Shown: in pieces, positions 61,817-64,000 of the stretch | Numbering within the stretch: position 1 is the stretch's first letter | Layout of the letters: the number at the start of each line of letters is the position of its first letter | Source: Bacteroidales bacterium | Lineage (GTDB): Bacteria > Bacteroidota > Bacteroidia > Bacteroidales > UBA1402 | Length of the DNA: 64,000 nt | Direction: 5' to 3' | Assembly (NCBI GenBank): GCA_028709215.1 | Contig: JAQVXI010000002.1 | Coordinates: 78,880 to 142,879 of the forward strand | Made by a program: the position numbers and the translations under genes | Notes under the pieces: generated by a model | What the model was told of the DNA's origin: nothing | Database searches by the model: none | The model's input: the letters and a program-made list of their open reading frames with translations, nothing else

Positions 61817-62707
61817 TTGACCGTGACACAATCCAGTCCTCTTCGTATCTGGCTGTTGGCCACCCGTCCAAAAACTTTGGCCGCCGGATCGGTTCCCGTG
61901 CTCGTTGCGTCTGCGTTGGCTGCCAGTCGAGATGCATTTATGTGGCAACCTGCACTGCTATGCCTGCTCTTTGCGCTGTTGGCGCAGATTGCCTCCAATT
62001 TTAGCAACGACTATTTTGACTTCTTCAAAGGCACAGATACGTCCGATCGTTTGGGGCCGGAACGAGCCGTAGCATCCGGTTGGATCAAGCCCCGACAGAT
62101 GCTGATCGCAACCATCGCTGTCATCGCAACCGCCAGTTTGGTTGGAATGGGACTGATTGCTTACGGAGGTTGGTCATTGATTTGGGTGGGCATCGCCTGT
62201 ATTGTGGCACTTCTGGCCTATACTGCCGGGCCTTGGCCGTTGGCCTATCATGGTTTGGGTGATGTCTTTGTTTTGGTTTTCTTTGGTTTGGTCTCGGTCG
62301 TTTTTACCTATTACGTACAGACCGGCTCGGTCGATTGGCTTGCGATTGTAACCGGTTTTATCGTCGGTCTACCTGCGGTAAACATCTTATTGTTAAACAA
62401 CTATAGAGATCGGGATGGAGATGCCGTTGCCGGGAAAAATACCACCGTGGTTCTGTTTGGCGCCGGATTTGCGCAAAACGCCTACCTCATCAATGGCCTT
62501 CTTGCCTGGTTGATGACGTTTGCATTTGTGTTTGTAGATCTTACTTGGATCCCTTTGATGACATGTGTCTATATCCCGTTGCATCGAGCAACGTGGAGAA
62601 AAATGAAACGCATTGATCATGGAAAAGCGTTAAATCCGCTGTTGGGGGAGACTGCCCGTAATTTATTGATTTTTGGAGTTTTACTGGCCTTTGGCCTAAT
62701 CATTTAA
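61817..62707 (+). CDS. menA: 1,4-dihydroxy-2-naphthoate polyprenyltransferase (MenA, UbiA family)
   Basis: 296 aa, polytopic. WLLATRPKTL and the Asp-rich motif NDYFDFFKGTD are present, with a second motif NNYRDRDGD. Non-ATG start (TTG 61817 or GTG 61823). Confidence 0.85.
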   Translation: MTVTQSSPLRIWLLATRPKTLAAGSVPVLVASALAASRDAFMWQPALLCLLFALLAQIASNFSNDYFDFFKGTDTSDRLGPERAVASGWIKPRQMLIATIAVIATASLVGMGLIAYGGWSLIWVGIACIVALLAYTAGPWPLAYHGLGDVFVLVFFGLVSVVFTYYVQTGSVDWLAIVTGFIVGLPAVNILLLNNYRDRDGDAVAGKNTTVVLFGAGFAQNAYLINGLLAWLMTFAFVFVDLTWIPLMTCVYIPLHRATWRKMKRIDHGKALNPLLGETARNLLIFGVLLAFGLII

Positions 62708-62711
62708 TCGA

Positions 62712-63503
62712 ATGAGAACAATTATAAAGATAAACGAAGAGGTTTGCAACGGATGTGGAGCCTGTGTGGCGGGTTGCCACGAGGGTGCCTTGCAGATGAT
62801 TGATGGCAAAGCCGTTTTGGTGAGTGCCATGTATTGCGACGGATTGGGTGCCTGCATGGGGGATTGCCCGGTGAACGCGATTGAGTTGGAAACACGTGAA
62901 GCGGAAGCCTACGATGAAACACGCGTGATGGAGCAGTTGATTCCCAAAGGAGAGGCTGTTTTGCGTGCACATTTTCGGCACTTAAAGGATCATGGCGAAA
63001 CGTCTTTGCTCCAACAAGGCTTACAGGTGCTCAAAGAAAAAGGGCATCCGATGGATGTTGCTGACTTTCAACCGGAGAAGCCCAAGCCCAGCTTGTTGAG
63101 GCCTATGGGTTTACGTCCTTCCGTAAAACCGGTTTTGTCATCGCAACCGGCCCAGTCTGCGGTCCGTCGAAATTTCCCCATTCAATTGCATTTGATTCAA
63201 CCTCAATCGGCTTCGTTTGTGGATGCCGATGTCTTACTTGCTGCCGATTGCACCGCATTTGCCTGTGCTTCGTTTCATTCGGATTATTTAAAAGACAAAA
63301 CACTGGTCATTGCTTGTCCCAAACTTGATCAGAATTTACAGAGCTATGAAGATAAGCTCCAGATCATGTTGACTCAATCCAATATCCGGTCCTTAACTGT
63401 ATTGACCATGTCCGTTCCTTGTTGCAAGGGTTTGCTTGCGTTGGCCAAAAGAGCGGTGGAGGCAAGTGGGAGGGATGTTCCGTTCACGTCTATTGTGCTT
63501 TAA
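62712..63503 (+). CDS. 4Fe-4S dicluster domain protein with an uncharacterised Cys-containing C-terminal domain
   Basis: The N-terminus has CNGCGACVAGC...CDGLGACMGDCP (two ferredoxin-type clusters). The C-terminal domain has LAADCTAFA, VIACPKLD and MSVPCCKG. It lies 4 nt after menA. Confidence 0.75.
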   Translation: MRTIIKINEEVCNGCGACVAGCHEGALQMIDGKAVLVSAMYCDGLGACMGDCPVNAIELETREAEAYDETRVMEQLIPKGEAVLRAHFRHLKDHGETSLLQQGLQVLKEKGHPMDVADFQPEKPKPSLLRPMGLRPSVKPVLSSQPAQSAVRRNFPIQLHLIQPQSASFVDADVLLAADCTAFACASFHSDYLKDKTLVIACPKLDQNLQSYEDKLQIMLTQSNIRSLTVLTMSVPCCKGLLALAKRAVEASGRDVPFTSIVL

Positions 63504-63508
63504 AAAAA

Positions 63509-63530
63509 AGGTGTGCATTCCTGCACACCT
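63509..63530. terminator. Terminator hairpin between convergent genes (strong for the minus-strand gene)
   Basis: AGGTGTGCA-TTCC-TGCACACCT forms a 9-bp perfect stem with a 4-nt loop. It is flanked by A8 on the plus strand, which is U8 after the hairpin for the minus-strand transcript, and by TATAAAA downstream on the plus strand. Confidence 0.8.
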
Positions 63531-63549
63531 TATAAAAGGAACGGGTCGA

Positions 63550-64000
63550 TTATAAACCCAAAGAGGACATAACCGCTTTGATCTTATCGTCTGCCTTCGA
63601 AATGGTGGCATCGTAGTCGTCGCGCCGTTTCATTTCACCCAGCACTTCAATGTAGAATTTAATTTTTGGTTCCGTTCCGGATGGGCGAATCGATACTTTA
63701 CTGCCGTCTTGAGAGAAATACTGTAAGACATTTGACTTTTCAGGCATTTCCAGTGTACTGACTTCTCCTGTTTGTGGATTGCTTGCTACGCAAGTTGAAA
63801 AATCCTTGATCAGGCAAACAGGTGATCCGGCAATCTCTTTGGGCGGATTTGCACGGAATTGACGCATCATTTCCTGAATTTCATCGGCACCGGATTTGCC
63901 TTTTTTGACCACGGAGATGCCCTTTTCACGCGAGAATCCATACTCGACGTAGATGTCCATTAGCAATTGATAGAGGGATTTCCCTTGTGATTTTGCCCAG
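63550..64000 (-). CDS. Phosphoglucomutase/phosphomannomutase-family protein, C-terminal part (gene continues past the window end)
   Basis: The frame stays open to position 64000 (...WAKSQGKSLYQLLMDIYVEYGF...). RPSGTEPKIKFY is the conserved phosphohexomutase domain-4 motif. The M at 63966 in the track is an internal TTG. Confidence 0.85.
   Translation of the reverse strand, partial: WAKSQGKSLYQLLMDIYVEYGFSREKGISVVKKGKSGADEIQEMMRQFRANPPKEIAGSPVCLIKDFSTCVASNPQTGEVSTLEMPEKSNVLQYFSQDGSKVSIRPSGTEPKIKFYIEVLGEMKRRDDYDATISKADDKIKAVMSSLGL

Noticed and set aside
1-64000. CRISPR arrays, IS elements, integrases, phage genes, toxin-antitoxin modules, restriction-modification or other defence-system genes, and rRNA or tRNA genes.
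   Set aside because: None were found on reading the ORF track and all intergenic regions longer than 40 nt. There are no spaced direct repeats, no nuclease, helicase or methyltransferase-like ORFs, and no terminal inverted repeats.

Overview
The window looks like a chromosomal segment of a Bacteroidota organism. The signs are SusC/SusD pairs, the T9SS translocon gene sprA, TAnnTTTG -7 promoter boxes, and A-rich leaders with no Shine-Dalgarno sequence. I support about 41 protein-coding genes. By eye I found no rRNA, tRNA, CRISPR array, transposase or integrase.

The window falls into three blocks:

1. **1-6.9 kb, housekeeping genes with tight or overlapping junctions:** tsaB-like 3' end, DUF4290, murA, rimM, an orphan ABC ATPase, a degenerate LytM protein, dxr and rseP.
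2. **7.05-36.18 kb, a 29-kb, 13-gene, single-strand polysaccharide utilization locus (PUL) of pectin/homogalacturonan type.** In order it holds a GH28 lipoprotein, a 715-aa lipoprotein of unknown family, two tandem paralogous multi-domain secreted proteins with T9SS-like tails, a 1195-aa PL1 pectate lyase-FN3-PATR-T9SS CTD protein, a 4xFAS1 lipoprotein, SusC/D pair 1, two FAS1 lipoproteins, SusC/D pair 2, and a GH105 lipoprotein. No regulator, esterase or cytoplasmic catabolic gene lies in or beside it.
3. **36.2-64 kb, mixed genes:** a WecA/MraY-family transferase, ruvA-sprA, a secreted 818-aa protein with a degenerate pectinesterase-like beta-helix, a TPP-riboswitch-led thi4-thiE-thiC-thiD operon that runs by a 50-nt overlap into a GNAT/nitrilase fusion, an SLC12-like transporter, DUF4301, a CCA-type nucleotidyltransferase, a lipoprotein, a RelA-type RSH, DUF2721, menA, an Fe-S protein and a phosphohexomutase 3' end.

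The best candidate for something undescribed is the centre of the PUL. It contains the tandem paralogs at 10.7-16.0 kb, built from modules I cannot assign to any known catalytic or binding family. One of these is an alpha/beta-looking module with a conserved DSS...HEHG signature that is lost in the extra copy. These genes are combined with T9SS-dependent secretion and fasciclin-type surface lipoproteins flanking two SusC/D pairs.

All functional calls rest on by-eye motif recognition and memory of protein families. No database search or folding computation was run.
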